From the NCBI GenBank assembly GCA_002347615.1, contig DDYH01000050.1:12753-76752 (forward strand): 64,000 nucleotides of DNA, given 5' to 3'. The notes below the pieces were generated by a model. It did no database searches and was not told the origin of the DNA. It saw only the letters and a program-made list of their open reading frames with translations. Shown here one piece after another: positions 54,085 to 64,000 of the stretch. The stretch's first letter is position 1; every line of letters starts with the position of its first letter. The DNA comes from Gallionellaceae bacterium UBA2239 (GTDB lineage Bacteria; Pseudomonadota; Gammaproteobacteria; Burkholderiales; UBA9220). The position numbers and the translations under genes are program-made.

Positions 54085-54188
54085 ATCTTACCACGCCCCA
54101 GCGCCGCAACCCCCCTCCCCCGGGGTCAACTTGACCAAATCGTGGCCAAACGTTACTGTTTCACCTTTTCCCCAAAGAACAGCAGAGC

Positions 54189-55892
54189 ATGGAAATTACG
54201 GGTGCAGAGATAGTTGTGCGCTGCCTCCAGGAAGAGGGAGTCGAGTTCGTTTTCGGCTACCCCGGCGGCGCGGTGCTGAACATCTACGACGAGATCTACA
54301 AGCAGAACCAATTCAAACACGTGCTGGCGCGCCACGAGCAGGGCGCGGTCCATGCCGCCGACGGCTATGCCCGCGCCAGCGGACGGGTGGGGGTGGCCCT
54401 GGTCACCTCGGGCCCCGGCGCCACCAACGCGGTCACCGGCATTGCCACCGCCTACATGGATTCCATTCCCATGGTGGTCATCACCGGCCAGGTGCCCACG
54501 GCCGCCATCGGCCTCGACGCCTTCCAGGAAGTGGATACCGTAGGCATCACCCGGCCCTGCGTGAAGCACAATTTCCTGGTGAACGACGCCAAGGACATCG
54601 CGGCGACGATCAAGAAAGCGTTCTTCATCGCCGCCAGCGGCCGGCCCGGCCCGGTGGTGGTGGACATCCCCAAGGACATCACCATCAACAAGGCGGAGTA
54701 CGACTATCCGAAGCAGATCAGCCTGCGCTCCTACAACCCGGTGACCAAGGGCCATACCGGCCAGATCAAGCGCGCGGTGCAGATGATGCTCGCCGCCAAG
54801 CGCCCCATGATCTACACCGGCGGCGGCGTGATCCTGAGCAATGCCTCCGAGGCCCTGACCAAGCTGGTGAAGCTGCTGGGCTTCCCCTGCACCAGCACCC
54901 TGATGGGCCTGGGCGCCTACCCGGCCACCGACTCCCAGTCCCTGGGCATGCTGGGCATGCACGGCACCTTCGAAGCCAACATGGCGGTGCAGCACAGCGA
55001 CGTGCTGATCGCCATCGGCGCCCGCTTTGACGACCGGGTCATCGGCAACCCGGAGCACTTCTTCCAGGAAGACCGCAAGATCATCCACATCGACATCGAC
55101 CCGGCTTCCATCGCCAAGCGGGTGAAGGTGGACGTGCCCATCGTCGGCAACGTGCACGACGTGCTGGAAGAGATGATCAAGCTGATCCAGGCCAGCCACG
55201 AGAAGCCCGACGCCAACGCCCTCAAGACCTGGTGGACCCAGATCGAGCTGTGGCGCTCCCGGGAATGCCTCAAGTACGACCGGGGCGGCGACGTGATCAA
55301 GCCCCAGTACGTGCTGGAAAAACTGTACGAAATCACCAAGGGCGACGCTTTCGTCACTTCCGACGTGGGCCAGCACCAGATGTGGGCCTCCCAGTTCTAC
55401 AAGTTCGACAAGCCCCGCCGCTGGATCAACTCCGGCGGCCTCGGCACCATGGGCTTCGGCCTGCCGGCAGCCATGGGCGCCCAGTTCGCCAACCCGGACG
55501 CCACCGTGGTGTGCGTCAGCGGCGAGGGCAGCATCCAGATGAACATCCAGGAACTGGCCACCTGCAAGCAGTTCCACCTGCCCCTGAAGATCGTCCTGCT
55601 CAACAACGGCTACCTGGGCATGGTGCGCCAGTGGCAGGAGTTCTTCTACGGCAACCGTTATTCCGAGTCCTACATGGACGCCCTGCCGGACTTCGTCAAG
55701 CTGGCGGAAAGCTACGGCCACGTGGGCATGCGCATCGACAAGCCGGAAGACGTGGAAGGGGCCCTGAAGCAAGCCTTCAGCCCGGAGATGAAGGAGCGGC
55801 TGGTGTTCATGGACTTCCGCACCGACCCGAAAGAAAACGTTTACCCCATGGTCCCGAGCGGCAAGGGGTTGTCTGAAATGCTGCTGGTGTAA
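54189..55892 (+). CDS. ilvI: Acetolactate synthase large subunit
   Basis: Contains MEITGAEIVVRCLQEEGVEFVFGYPGGAVL and the ThDP motif GLGTMGFGLPAAMGA...GDGSIQMNIQEL-type sequence. Confidence 0.95.
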   Translation: MEITGAEIVVRCLQEEGVEFVFGYPGGAVLNIYDEIYKQNQFKHVLARHEQGAVHAADGYARASGRVGVALVTSGPGATNAVTGIATAYMDSIPMVVITGQVPTAAIGLDAFQEVDTVGITRPCVKHNFLVNDAKDIAATIKKAFFIAASGRPGPVVVDIPKDITINKAEYDYPKQISLRSYNPVTKGHTGQIKRAVQMMLAAKRPMIYTGGGVILSNASEALTKLVKLLGFPCTSTLMGLGAYPATDSQSLGMLGMHGTFEANMAVQHSDVLIAIGARFDDRVIGNPEHFFQEDRKIIHIDIDPASIAKRVKVDVPIVGNVHDVLEEMIKLIQASHEKPDANALKTWWTQIELWRSRECLKYDRGGDVIKPQYVLEKLYEITKGDAFVTSDVGQHQMWASQFYKFDKPRRWINSGGLGTMGFGLPAAMGAQFANPDATVVCVSGEGSIQMNIQELATCKQFHLPLKIVLLNNGYLGMVRQWQEFFYGNRYSESYMDALPDFVKLAESYGHVGMRIDKPEDVEGALKQAFSPEMKERLVFMDFRTDPKENVYPMVPSGKGLSEMLLV

Positions 55893-55894
55893 TC

Positions 55895-56386
55895 ATGCGA
55901 CACATCATTTCGATTTTGATGGAAAACGAAGCGGGCGCCCTGTCCCGGGTGGCCGGCCTGTTCTCGGCCCGTGGCTACAACATCGAGTCCCTCAACGTGG
56001 CTCCCACCGAGGACGAAACCCTGTCCCGCATGACCATCGTCACCCGCGGCTCCGACGAGGTGATCGAGCAGATCATCAAGCAGCTCAACAAGCTGGTGGA
56101 CGTGGTGAAGGTGGTGGACCTGTCCGAAGGGCGCCACATCGAGCGGGAAATGATGCTGGTGAAGGTCAAGGCCGAAGGCTCCTGGCGGGAGGAAATGAAA
56201 CGCATGGCGGACATCTTCCGCGGCCGCATCATCGACGTTTCCGACAGCACCTACACCATCGAGCTGACCGGCAACGTCTCCAAGCTGGACGCCTTCCTGG
56301 AGGCCATCGACCCCAGCGCCATCCTGGAAACGGTACGCACCGGCGCTTCCGGCATCGGCCGCGACGATCGCATTCTGCGGGTTTAA
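55895..56386 (+). CDS. ilvH: Acetolactate synthase small (regulatory) subunit
   Basis: The ACT domain begins MRHIISILMENEAGALSRVAGLFSARGYNIESL. Confidence 0.9.
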   Translation: MRHIISILMENEAGALSRVAGLFSARGYNIESLNVAPTEDETLSRMTIVTRGSDEVIEQIIKQLNKLVDVVKVVDLSEGRHIEREMMLVKVKAEGSWREEMKRMADIFRGRIIDVSDSTYTIELTGNVSKLDAFLEAIDPSAILETVRTGASGIGRDDRILRV

Positions 56387-56391
56387 GGTAA

Positions 56392-57456
<1,065 letters not shown>

Positions 57457-57543
57457 GGGACTAGAGGCTAGAGGCTAGGGACTAGAGGCCAGCAACAGAC
57501 CTCGGGTTTTTCCTAGCCCCTAGACCCCAGCCCCCAGCCCCTT
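57457..57543. repeat. REP-like short-period repeat cluster downstream of ilvC
   Basis: gggactagaggctagaggctagggactagaggcc faces the partly complementary cctagcccctagaccccagcccccagcccc. Confidence 0.6.
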
Positions 57544-57552
57544 TAATTCCCT

Positions 57553-58218
57553 ATGCGCATCGGCGTGGCCTCTCCCAAACAAAACTATCCCCATCCCATC
57601 ATTGCCCGTGAAGGCTGGCCTTTCCTGGCCATAGCCGTTGCGGTGGCTTTGCTGGCGACCTATTTCGTTGGCAGCGCATGGGCCTTCCCCCTGTGGGTCA
57701 TCGCCCTGTTCGTGCTGCAATTTTTCCGCGACCCGGCACGCAACGTCCCCCGAGGTGAAAACCTGGTAATCGCCCCGGCGGATGGCCGCATCGTGGCGGT
57801 GGAAAAGACCCGCGACAACTATCGCCAGCAGGACGCCCTCAAGGTGAGCGTGTTCATGAACGTGTTCAACGTCCACTCCAACCGCAGCCCGGTGGACGGC
57901 GAAGTGACCGGGGTGCAGTATTTCCCGGGCAAGTTCGTCAACGCCGACCTGGACAAAGCCTCCTTGGAAAACGAGCGTAACGCGGTGCTGATGACCACCC
58001 CCACCGGCAAGGAAATCACCGCCGTGCAGGTGGCCGGCCTGATCGCCCGCCGTATCCTGTGTTACGTCAAAGCCGGCGACAAGCTGGTCAAAGGCCAGCG
58101 CTACGGCTTCATCCGTTTCGGCTCCCGGGTGGACGTCTACCTCCCCCTCGACGCCCGGGTGAAAGTGAGCATCGGCGACAAGACCCGTGCCGGCGAAACG
58201 GTGCTCGCCGAGCTGTAG
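57553..58218 (+). CDS. psd: Phosphatidylserine decarboxylase proenzyme (short type)
   Basis: 221 aa. Contains [13 protein letters not shown] and the self-cleavage region [10 protein letters not shown]. Confidence 0.85.
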   Translation: MRIGVASPKQNYPHPIIAREGWPFLAIAVAVALLATYFVGSAWAFPLWVIALFVLQFFRDPARNVPRGENLVIAPADGRIVAVEKTRDNYRQQDALKVSVFMNVFNVHSNRSPVDGEVTGVQYFPGKFVNADLDKASLENERNAVLMTTPTGKEITAVQVAGLIARRILCYVKAGDKLVKGQRYGFIRFGSRVDVYLPLDARVKVSIGDKTRAGETVLAEL

Positions 58219-58296
58219 ACATCCCAGCCCCGCGGGAGGACAATTGGCGCGGATTCCTGTAATGTGCCGTTAACCCACGAAGCCGAAAATTACCGG

Positions 58297-59064
58297 ATGC
58301 ACCCCATACACAAGCCCATTCTCACCCCTCATATCCGCAAGCGCGGGATATACCTCCTGCCCAACCTGTTCACCACCGCCGCCCTCTTCGCCGGCTTCTA
58401 CGCCATCGTGATGGCCATGAGCGGCCGCTACGAGCACTCCGCCGTGGCGATTTTCGTCGCCATGGTGATGGACGGCCTGGACGGCCGGGTTGCCCGCCTC
58501 ACCCACACCCAGAGCGCTTTCGGCGCCGAATACGACAGCCTGTCGGACATGGTGTCCTTCGGCGTCGCCCCGGCCCTGGTGGTCTACGTCTGGGCCCTGA
58601 AAGACATGGGCAAGCTGGGCTGGCTCGCCGCCTTCGTCTACTGCGCCGGCGCCGCCCTGCGCCTGGCCCGCTTCAACACCCAGCTGGAAGTCCAGGACAA
58701 GCGCTGGTTCCAGGGCCTCCCCAGCCCCGCAGCCGCCGCCCTGATGGCCGGGCTGGTGTGGGTGATGTACGACCTGCAGATCCGGGGCGAAGACATCAAG
58801 TGGTTCGCCTGGGCCCTGACCCTGTTCGCCGGCATCACCATGGTGAGCAACATCCGCTTCTACAGCTTCAAGGACGTGAACCTGCGCAAGAGCATTCCCT
58901 TCGTGTTCCTGCTGCTGATGGTGGTGGCGATCATCCTGGTCTCCTCCTACCCCCCGGGCGTGCTGTTCGGCCTGTTCGTAGTCTATGCCCTGTCGGGCTA
59001 CGGCATGGCGGTGTGGGATTTCAGGAGAGGCAAGCCCGCGCCGAAAACGGCGGAGCCGGAATAA
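58297..59064 (+). CDS. pssA: CDP-diacylglycerol--serine O-phosphatidyltransferase
   Basis: CDP-alcohol phosphatidyltransferase motif DGLDGRVAR...GAEYDSLSDMVSFG. The start is taken at the ATG at 58297; an upstream GTG at 58264 is possible. Confidence 0.85.
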   Translation: MHPIHKPILTPHIRKRGIYLLPNLFTTAALFAGFYAIVMAMSGRYEHSAVAIFVAMVMDGLDGRVARLTHTQSAFGAEYDSLSDMVSFGVAPALVVYVWALKDMGKLGWLAAFVYCAGAALRLARFNTQLEVQDKRWFQGLPSPAAAALMAGLVWVMYDLQIRGEDIKWFAWALTLFAGITMVSNIRFYSFKDVNLRKSIPFVFLLLMVVAIILVSSYPPGVLFGLFVVYALSGYGMAVWDFRRGKPAPKTAEPE

Positions 59065-59111
59065 GAAAAGAAAAAGGCCCGGGAAACCCGAGCCGTTTCC
59101 TAAATCTGTTG

Positions 59112-59288
59112 AACCCAGATTATCCATTAGGACGCGAGATGATGGCGAGGTAGGTTGCGAGACAGTTTCGTTGCTTGCGAGGAGTTCATGGTTATTCCAT
59201 GGACGACGAACAAGCGGCAAAAATGGCCGCAAACCGACCGCCAGCGCTCGCGTAGGCGCGAAGCGCCGCCTAATGGATAATCTGGGTT
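59112..59288. repeat. 177-nt element bounded by perfect 20-nt inverted repeats (MITE-like)
   Basis: aacccagattatccattagg (59112-59131) and cctaatggataatctgggtt (59269-59288). There is no credible ORF inside. Confidence 0.65.
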
Positions 59289-59363
59289 GAAATGATTCAG
59301 GGCCAGCGGCGAGGGGTGGCAGAGGCGGAAACGTTCAAATCCGCCCAGTCCGCGCAAGAAAAC

Positions 59364-59400
59364 AAGAGGGGGAACCGAAGCCGGTTCCCCCTCTTTTCGT
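59364..59400. terminator. Rho-independent terminator hairpin (usable in both directions)
   Basis: aagagggggaaccg (59364-59377) pairs with cggttccccctctt (59382-59395). It is followed by ttcgtt on the plus strand and gttttctt on the minus strand. Confidence 0.7.
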
Positions 59401-59555
59401 TCCGGCGCCGGAAGCCGTCAGTCGCCCAGATTGACGGTCAAGTCGGAGCCGAAGCGCAAGCCGACGACACCGCAGGCCATTTCGATGCCCAGAAGGAACG
59501 ACGTTTCACCTAAACGGCAAAGGCCTGCCGGGGAGTCCCCTCGCGGGCTTTGCAT

Positions 59556-59583
59556 TTGACACCCGATTTTCGGGCAATATACT
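59556..59583 (+). promoter_or_regulatory. Sigma-70-like promoter for the binding-protein/sensor-kinase pair
   Basis: TTGACA (59556-61), a 16-nt spacer, then TATACT (59578-83). It lies ~30 nt upstream of the ATG at 59615. Confidence 0.45.
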
Positions 59584-59614
59584 GCTGAATTCAGCCCTTG
59601 GAATATGCATCGCC

Positions 59615-60865
59615 ATGAAAAGCCTATTGCAAAAAGCGTTTGGCTTCGTGCTGGCCGGCCTGTCGGCCGTCAGTGCGGCGTTCGGCGCGCCCGCGGGCGC
59701 GCCGCTCATCATCGCCCACGTGGGGCCCACGACCGGGCGTTTCGCCTTGCATGCGGAGGCCGACCGCCGGGGCGCCGACATGGCGATCGAGGAGTTCAAT
59801 GCCCGCGGTGGCGTGCTGGGGCGGGAGATCATTCTGGTGTCCCGGGACCCCACCTTGGACGCGGGCCGCGCCGCCCGGGTGGCCGAGGAGCTCATCACCC
59901 AGACCAAAGTGGGATTCATGGTGGGCGCCATCCACTCCGGCGTTGCCGCGAGCATGTCCGCGGTTTGCCAAAAGCACGGGGTCATCTTCATCAACACCAA
60001 TTCCTCGGCGCCGTCGGAGTCGGTGGAGAACGCCCACCGCACCAAGTTCGTGTTCGACACCAGCGCCGCCAACATCAACCGCGCCCTGCTCAAGTACGCT
60101 CTGGCGAGCCACAAGTCCAAGCGGGTGCTGCTGCTGACGGAAGATGACGAATGGGGCCACAGCAGCGCTGCGGCGTCGCGGCCCTACATCGCGGAATACG
60201 GCGGCACGGTGGTGGCGGAAGTCGTCGTGCCGGAATCCCTGCCCGACCCCGCCGGGGCCCTCAGGCAGATCGCCGCCGTCCGGGCGGACGTGGTGGCGGT
60301 GAACATCAGTGGCGACAACCAGATCAAGCTCTTCGCCCAGATCGACCCCCAGACCCTCAAGAAGCAGTCGTGGGTGGTGGGCGAAGTGGATTGGGAGGAA
60401 CTCTATCCCGCGCCGGGAACGCCGCGCCCCCTGTTCGGCACGACCTGGGCCTGGAACTTGAAAACGCCGGGGACGGCGGAATTCGTGGCCCGCTACCGGA
60501 AACGCTACGGCCACACCAAGCTGGACTATCCCGGCGACGTGACCCATGCCGCCTATCTCGCCACCAAGGCCCTGCTCACGGCCATCGAGCGCGCCGGCAC
60601 CACGGACAACCATGCGCTCATCCAGCAGCTGGAAAACTACAAATCCAGCCCGAAGGAGCGCATGCAGAACGCCGCGGCCTACATGGACCCGGCCAGCCAC
60701 CACCTTCAGCAGAGCATCTACATCGCCCGCTGGAATCCCCAGGCCGAGCATCCCGAGCGGGGTATCGAAATCCTGGGCCACTTCCCCCCCGAGCAAGTTC
60801 GGTATGAGCGGGAACGGGCGACCCGCCTGGAGTCCCTGGCCGACACCCCCCACTATGCGCCTTGA
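59615..60865 (+). CDS. Periplasmic substrate-binding protein (branched-chain amino acid/amide-binding-like type)
   Basis: Signal peptide ...AVSAAFGAP. IAHVGPTTGRFALHAEADRRGADMAIEEFNARGGVLGREI is typical of LivJ-like type I binding proteins. Confidence 0.75.
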   Translation: MKSLLQKAFGFVLAGLSAVSAAFGAPAGAPLIIAHVGPTTGRFALHAEADRRGADMAIEEFNARGGVLGREIILVSRDPTLDAGRAARVAEELITQTKVGFMVGAIHSGVAASMSAVCQKHGVIFINTNSSAPSESVENAHRTKFVFDTSAANINRALLKYALASHKSKRVLLLTEDDEWGHSSAAASRPYIAEYGGTVVAEVVVPESLPDPAGALRQIAAVRADVVAVNISGDNQIKLFAQIDPQTLKKQSWVVGEVDWEELYPAPGTPRPLFGTTWAWNLKTPGTAEFVARYRKRYGHTKLDYPGDVTHAAYLATKALLTAIERAGTTDNHALIQQLENYKSSPKERMQNAAAYMDPASHHLQQSIYIARWNPQAEHPERGIEILGHFPPEQVRYERERATRLESLADTPHYAP

Positions 60866-63486
60866 AATTGATTAAGTTCGGCCTCATTACGCGCATTGCC
60901 CTGCTGGTGGTCTGCGTGGAAGTCGTTGCCTTCGGCTCCCTCGGCTGGTTCTACACCGACCGGTTCAGCACCGCCGCCGAAAAACAGATTCGTTCGCGCC
61001 TGCACCTGGTGGGGAAAATGATCGCCGACGACGAGCTGGCGGTCAGCGCCATCTCCCGCCAAGCGCTGGTGAGCGAACTGGTGGGAGCCCCCTACCTGGA
61101 CGGCATGGTCATCGGCGGCAACGGGCGTGTCATCGTTTCCACCAACCCCGCCTACCTGGGCCGACCGGCCAGCGGCATTCCGGGCATCGATTTCCAATGG
61201 CTCGCCGATTCCGCCCCCGCCGAGCAGTTCATCGCCGGCACGAACACCCTCACCGGCGTGACGCACATCCGCAGCTCAGCGGGCGGTTCGCCCCTCTATT
61301 ACACGGTGATCAAAATCAGCACGGCGGAACTCAACGCCCAGAAGCAGTCCATCGTCTTGTGGGGCCAAATCGGCTCCGGGCTGTTCATCCTGTTCAGCTC
61401 CGCCAGCATCGTCCTCATCGCCCAAAGGCTCATCACCCGCCGCGTGCGCGCCTCCCTCGCGGTGCTGAAGGAAGTGGAAAACGGCGCCCTCGACGCCCGC
61501 ATCCCGATCTCATCCAACGACGAGTTGGGGCAGCTTCAGCGGGGCATCAACTCCATGACCGCCGAAGTCGGCGCCCTGCTGAACCAGCACCGCCGCAACG
61601 AGGAAGAACTCAGCACCATCCTGAACGCCATCGGGGACGGGGTGATCGCTGTCGGAACGGATGGCAGGGTTCTCCGCTGCAATCCCAGTGCGGCGGCGTT
61701 CCTCGGCGAAAGCGTCGATCACCTCGAAAACGGCCAAATAGGCGAACTTCTGCCGGAGTTGCCAGGAGAAAACGATCAACGCTGGTGGCGGGCACCGGAA
61801 AGCCTGACCGCGCTCGGGCGAATCCACTTCGAACGCAAGGCGCCGGATGGCAGCCTGCGGTCGATTGAACTGGGCCACGGGCCGATCAAGGACCCGGACG
61901 GGACCGTTGTCGGCGCGGTCCTGGTGCTGCAAGACATTACGGCCCGGAAGCGGAACGAAGAGAAAATCCGCACCACCAGCCAGTTGCTCGACTCCATCGT
62001 CGAGAACATTCCCAATATGATCTTCCTGAAGCGTGCCTCGGATCTGCGCTTCGTTTTTTTCAACAAGGCGGGCGAGCAATTACTGGGATTTCAACGGGAG
62101 GAACTGCTCGGCAAGAACGACTACGACTTTTTCCCCAAGGAACAGGCAGACTTCTTCACCGCCAGGGATCGCGAGGTATTGGGGTCGACGGCAGTGCTGG
62201 ACATTCCGGAAGAGTCCATTGACACGCGCCATCATGGCCCGCGTATTCTGCATACCCGGAAGCTGGCGCTGCTCGATGACAAGGGCGAGGCGGAATACCT
62301 TCTCGGCATTTCCGACGACATCACCGAACGCAAGCATTACGAAGCGGCCCTTGAGCGCGAAGCCCAGGAATGGACCCAGGCGATGGATTCGTTCGCGGAT
62401 GCGATCTATCTGCTGGACATGAATCGCCGCGTGGTGCGGGCAAACAAGACCTTCTACGCCTTGGCCGGCAGCGCGCCGGAGCAGGCCATCGGACGGCACC
62501 TCGCGGAGCTTGTCCATCCTAGCGGGGAACTCGGCCTGTGCCCGGTATGCCTCGCGCAGGAAGAAAGACGCGACGCAGTGATCACCCTGGAGGCCGATGA
62601 CCCCAACAATTTCGCCGGCTACCCGGTCGAAGTGACGGTGAAGGTTATCCGCGATATATCCGGCGACCCCCACTATTTGTTGGGGAGCATTCACGACCTG
62701 ACCAATACGCGCAAGTTCGAAAGCGAACTGCGCAGGCTCAACGAGTCCCTGGAACGGCGGGTCCAGGAAGAGGTGGCGAAAAACCGCGAGAAGGACGCCA
62801 TGATGATCCAGCAATCGCGCCTGGCCACCATGGGGGAAATGATGCACAACGTCGCCCACCAATGGCGACAGCCGCTGTCGGCGATGTTGCTCATCCTCAC
62901 CAACATCGAGGATGACTTCAACTATGGCGAATTGAGCCGGGAAGCCCTTCATAAGCACGTGGAAACCGGCATTATGCTGGCGAAAAAAATGTCGTCGACC
63001 ATCGACGACTTCCGGAATTTCTTCCACCCGGACCACGCGCCTACGCGCTTTAATCTGAAAGACTCCATACAGGAAGCCTTGCACCTGATGGAGGCCAGTT
63101 TCCGCAACAACGAGATACGCGTCGAACTGGACGCCGCCGAGGACATTTATGTCGAAGGCTTCGCCAACGAATACTCCCAAGTGCTGCTAAACGTCCTCGC
63201 CAACGCCAAGGACGTCCTGATGAGCAAGCGGGGCAGCGGCGTTGTGCATATCTCGGTGGTTAGAACCGACGGCATGGGAGAGGTGCGCATCCGCGACAAC
63301 GGCGGCGGCATTTCGGAAGATGCCTTGCCAAAGATATTCGACCCCTACTTCACCACCAAGGAAACCGGCAGCGGCATCGGCTTGTACATGTCGCGCATGA
63401 TCATGAGCCACATGCACGGCCAGATCACGGCCCGGAACGTCGAGGGCGGCGCGGAATTCATTGCCTCCGTTCCGATTGCGTCCTGA
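60862..63486 (+). CDS. Membrane sensor histidine kinase (periplasmic/TM region, HAMP, three PAS-like modules, HisKA-like H-box, HATPase)
   Basis: TTG start overlapping the upstream stop (cTTGA). H-box HNVAHQWRQPL, N-box NVLANAKD, and G-boxes RDNGGGI and GSGIGLYMSR. Confidence 0.8.
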   Translation: MKLIKFGLITRIALLVVCVEVVAFGSLGWFYTDRFSTAAEKQIRSRLHLVGKMIADDELAVSAISRQALVSELVGAPYLDGMVIGGNGRVIVSTNPAYLGRPASGIPGIDFQWLADSAPAEQFIAGTNTLTGVTHIRSSAGGSPLYYTVIKISTAELNAQKQSIVLWGQIGSGLFILFSSASIVLIAQRLITRRVRASLAVLKEVENGALDARIPISSNDELGQLQRGINSMTAEVGALLNQHRRNEEELSTILNAIGDGVIAVGTDGRVLRCNPSAAAFLGESVDHLENGQIGELLPELPGENDQRWWRAPESLTALGRIHFERKAPDGSLRSIELGHGPIKDPDGTVVGAVLVLQDITARKRNEEKIRTTSQLLDSIVENIPNMIFLKRASDLRFVFFNKAGEQLLGFQREELLGKNDYDFFPKEQADFFTARDREVLGSTAVLDIPEESIDTRHHGPRILHTRKLALLDDKGEAEYLLGISDDITERKHYEAALEREAQEWTQAMDSFADAIYLLDMNRRVVRANKTFYALAGSAPEQAIGRHLAELVHPSGELGLCPVCLAQEERRDAVITLEADDPNNFAGYPVEVTVKVIRDISGDPHYLLGSIHDLTNTRKFESELRRLNESLERRVQEEVAKNREKDAMMIQQSRLATMGEMMHNVAHQWRQPLSAMLLILTNIEDDFNYGELSREALHKHVETGIMLAKKMSSTIDDFRNFFHPDHAPTRFNLKDSIQEALHLMEASFRNNEIRVELDAAEDIYVEGFANEYSQVLLNVLANAKDVLMSKRGSGVVHISVVRTDGMGEVRIRDNGGGISEDALPKIFDPYFTTKETGSGIGLYMSRMIMSHMHGQITARNVEGGAEFIASVPIAS

Positions 63487-63515
63487 CCGGACCCAAGCGG
63501 AAAGAAAATACCTAA

Positions 63516-64000
63516 TCAGTCCGCGCCCTGCGCCCCCCGCAGCATTACCACCGCCTGCTCCGCCGGCAACGGGTGACCCAGGTAGAAGCCCTGGACGAAA
63601 TCGCATTCCCGCGCCTTGAGGAATTCCATCTGCTCCACGTTCTCCACGCCTTCGGCCACCACTTTCAGGTGCAGGCTGTGGCCCATGGCGATGATGGCGG
63701 TGGCGATGGCGGCGTCGTCGGCGTTGGTGGCCATGTCCTGGGTAAAGTGGCCGTCGATCTTGAGGCGGTCGAGGGGAAAACGCCTGAGGTAGTTGAGGGA
63801 GGAATAGCCCATGCCGAAGTCGTCGATGGCGATGCCCATGCCCATGTCCTTCAGCTGCTTGAGGACCAGGCTGGCCTTTTCCACGTCTTCCATCACCGCG
63901 CTTTCGGTCAGCTCGATCTCCAGGCCGTTGGGATCGGTGCCTTTTTCCTCCACAATGCGGCGGATGGCCTGGATCAGGTCCTTTTGCCGGAATTGGCGGG
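63516..64000 (-). CDS. EAL-domain (c-di-GMP phosphodiesterase-type) protein, C-terminal part; the N-terminus lies beyond the window
   Basis: Contains LEIELTES, IAIDDFGMGYSSLNYL, LKIDGHF, VVAEGVEN and QGFYLGHP. The reading frame is open to nt 64000. Confidence 0.85.
   Translation of the reverse strand, partial: RQFRQKDLIQAIRRIVEEKGTDPNGLEIELTESAVMEDVEKASLVLKQLKDMGMGIAIDDFGMGYSSLNYLRRFPLDRLKIDGHFTQDMATNADDAAIATAIIAMGHSLHLKVVAEGVENVEQMEFLKARECDFVQGFYLGHPLPAEQAVVMLRGAQGAD

Noticed and set aside
59418-59480. A 20-codon minus-strand ORF (MACGVVGLRFGSDLTVNLGD) ending just before the terminator hairpin; possible leader peptide or microprotein.
   Set aside because: There is no Shine-Dalgarno sequence, no downstream gene to attenuate (the next element is the MITE-like repeat, then the convergent pssA), and nothing distinguishes it from chance.

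Overview
High-GC bacterial chromosome segment. All calls come from motifs I recognise in the supplied translations and from reading the nucleotides; no database search or computation was run. Gene content and order look betaproteobacterial, possibly Rhodocyclales-like, but that is inference only. The core genes are rhlE (partial), a YaiI-family gene, two chemoreceptors, narK-narK-narGHJI, a NAD-linked [NiFe] hydrogenase hoxFUYH, cytochrome c', valS-holC-pepA, lptFG, an ECF sigma/DUF3619/DUF3106/RDD cluster, ilvIHC, psd-pssA, a binding-protein/sensor-kinase pair and a partial EAL gene.

The main accessory feature is an ~18.2-kb island (about 4939-23144). It is bounded by a ~270-nt direct duplication of the 3' end of a chemoreceptor gene. 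The island carries a type I secretion system (C39-like ABC exporter plus HlyD-type fusion protein). It also carries what I interpret as a mirror-image polymorphic toxin array:
- a 2999-aa RTX protein with an N-terminal phage-type lysozyme head;
- upstream of it, a truncated RTX stub with a lipase head, and a further stub remnant;
- a shared 578-nt recombination-ready segment and a conserved stop/start junction in all of these;
- two unrelated signal-peptide proteins between the cassettes, which are candidate periplasmic immunity proteins.

Other points of note:
- an IS3-family element with a damaged orfA sits between the nar upstream region and the end of hoxH;
- several families of REP-like palindromes occupy nearly every spacer of the nar and hox operons, and two lie in frame inside coding genes (valS and the ABC exporter);
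- a 106-nt structured repeat flanks valS;
- a Cys-less DsrC/TusE-like gene and a NIT-domain chemoreceptor follow narI.

The many long ORFs antisense to these genes are high-GC artefacts and are not annotated.
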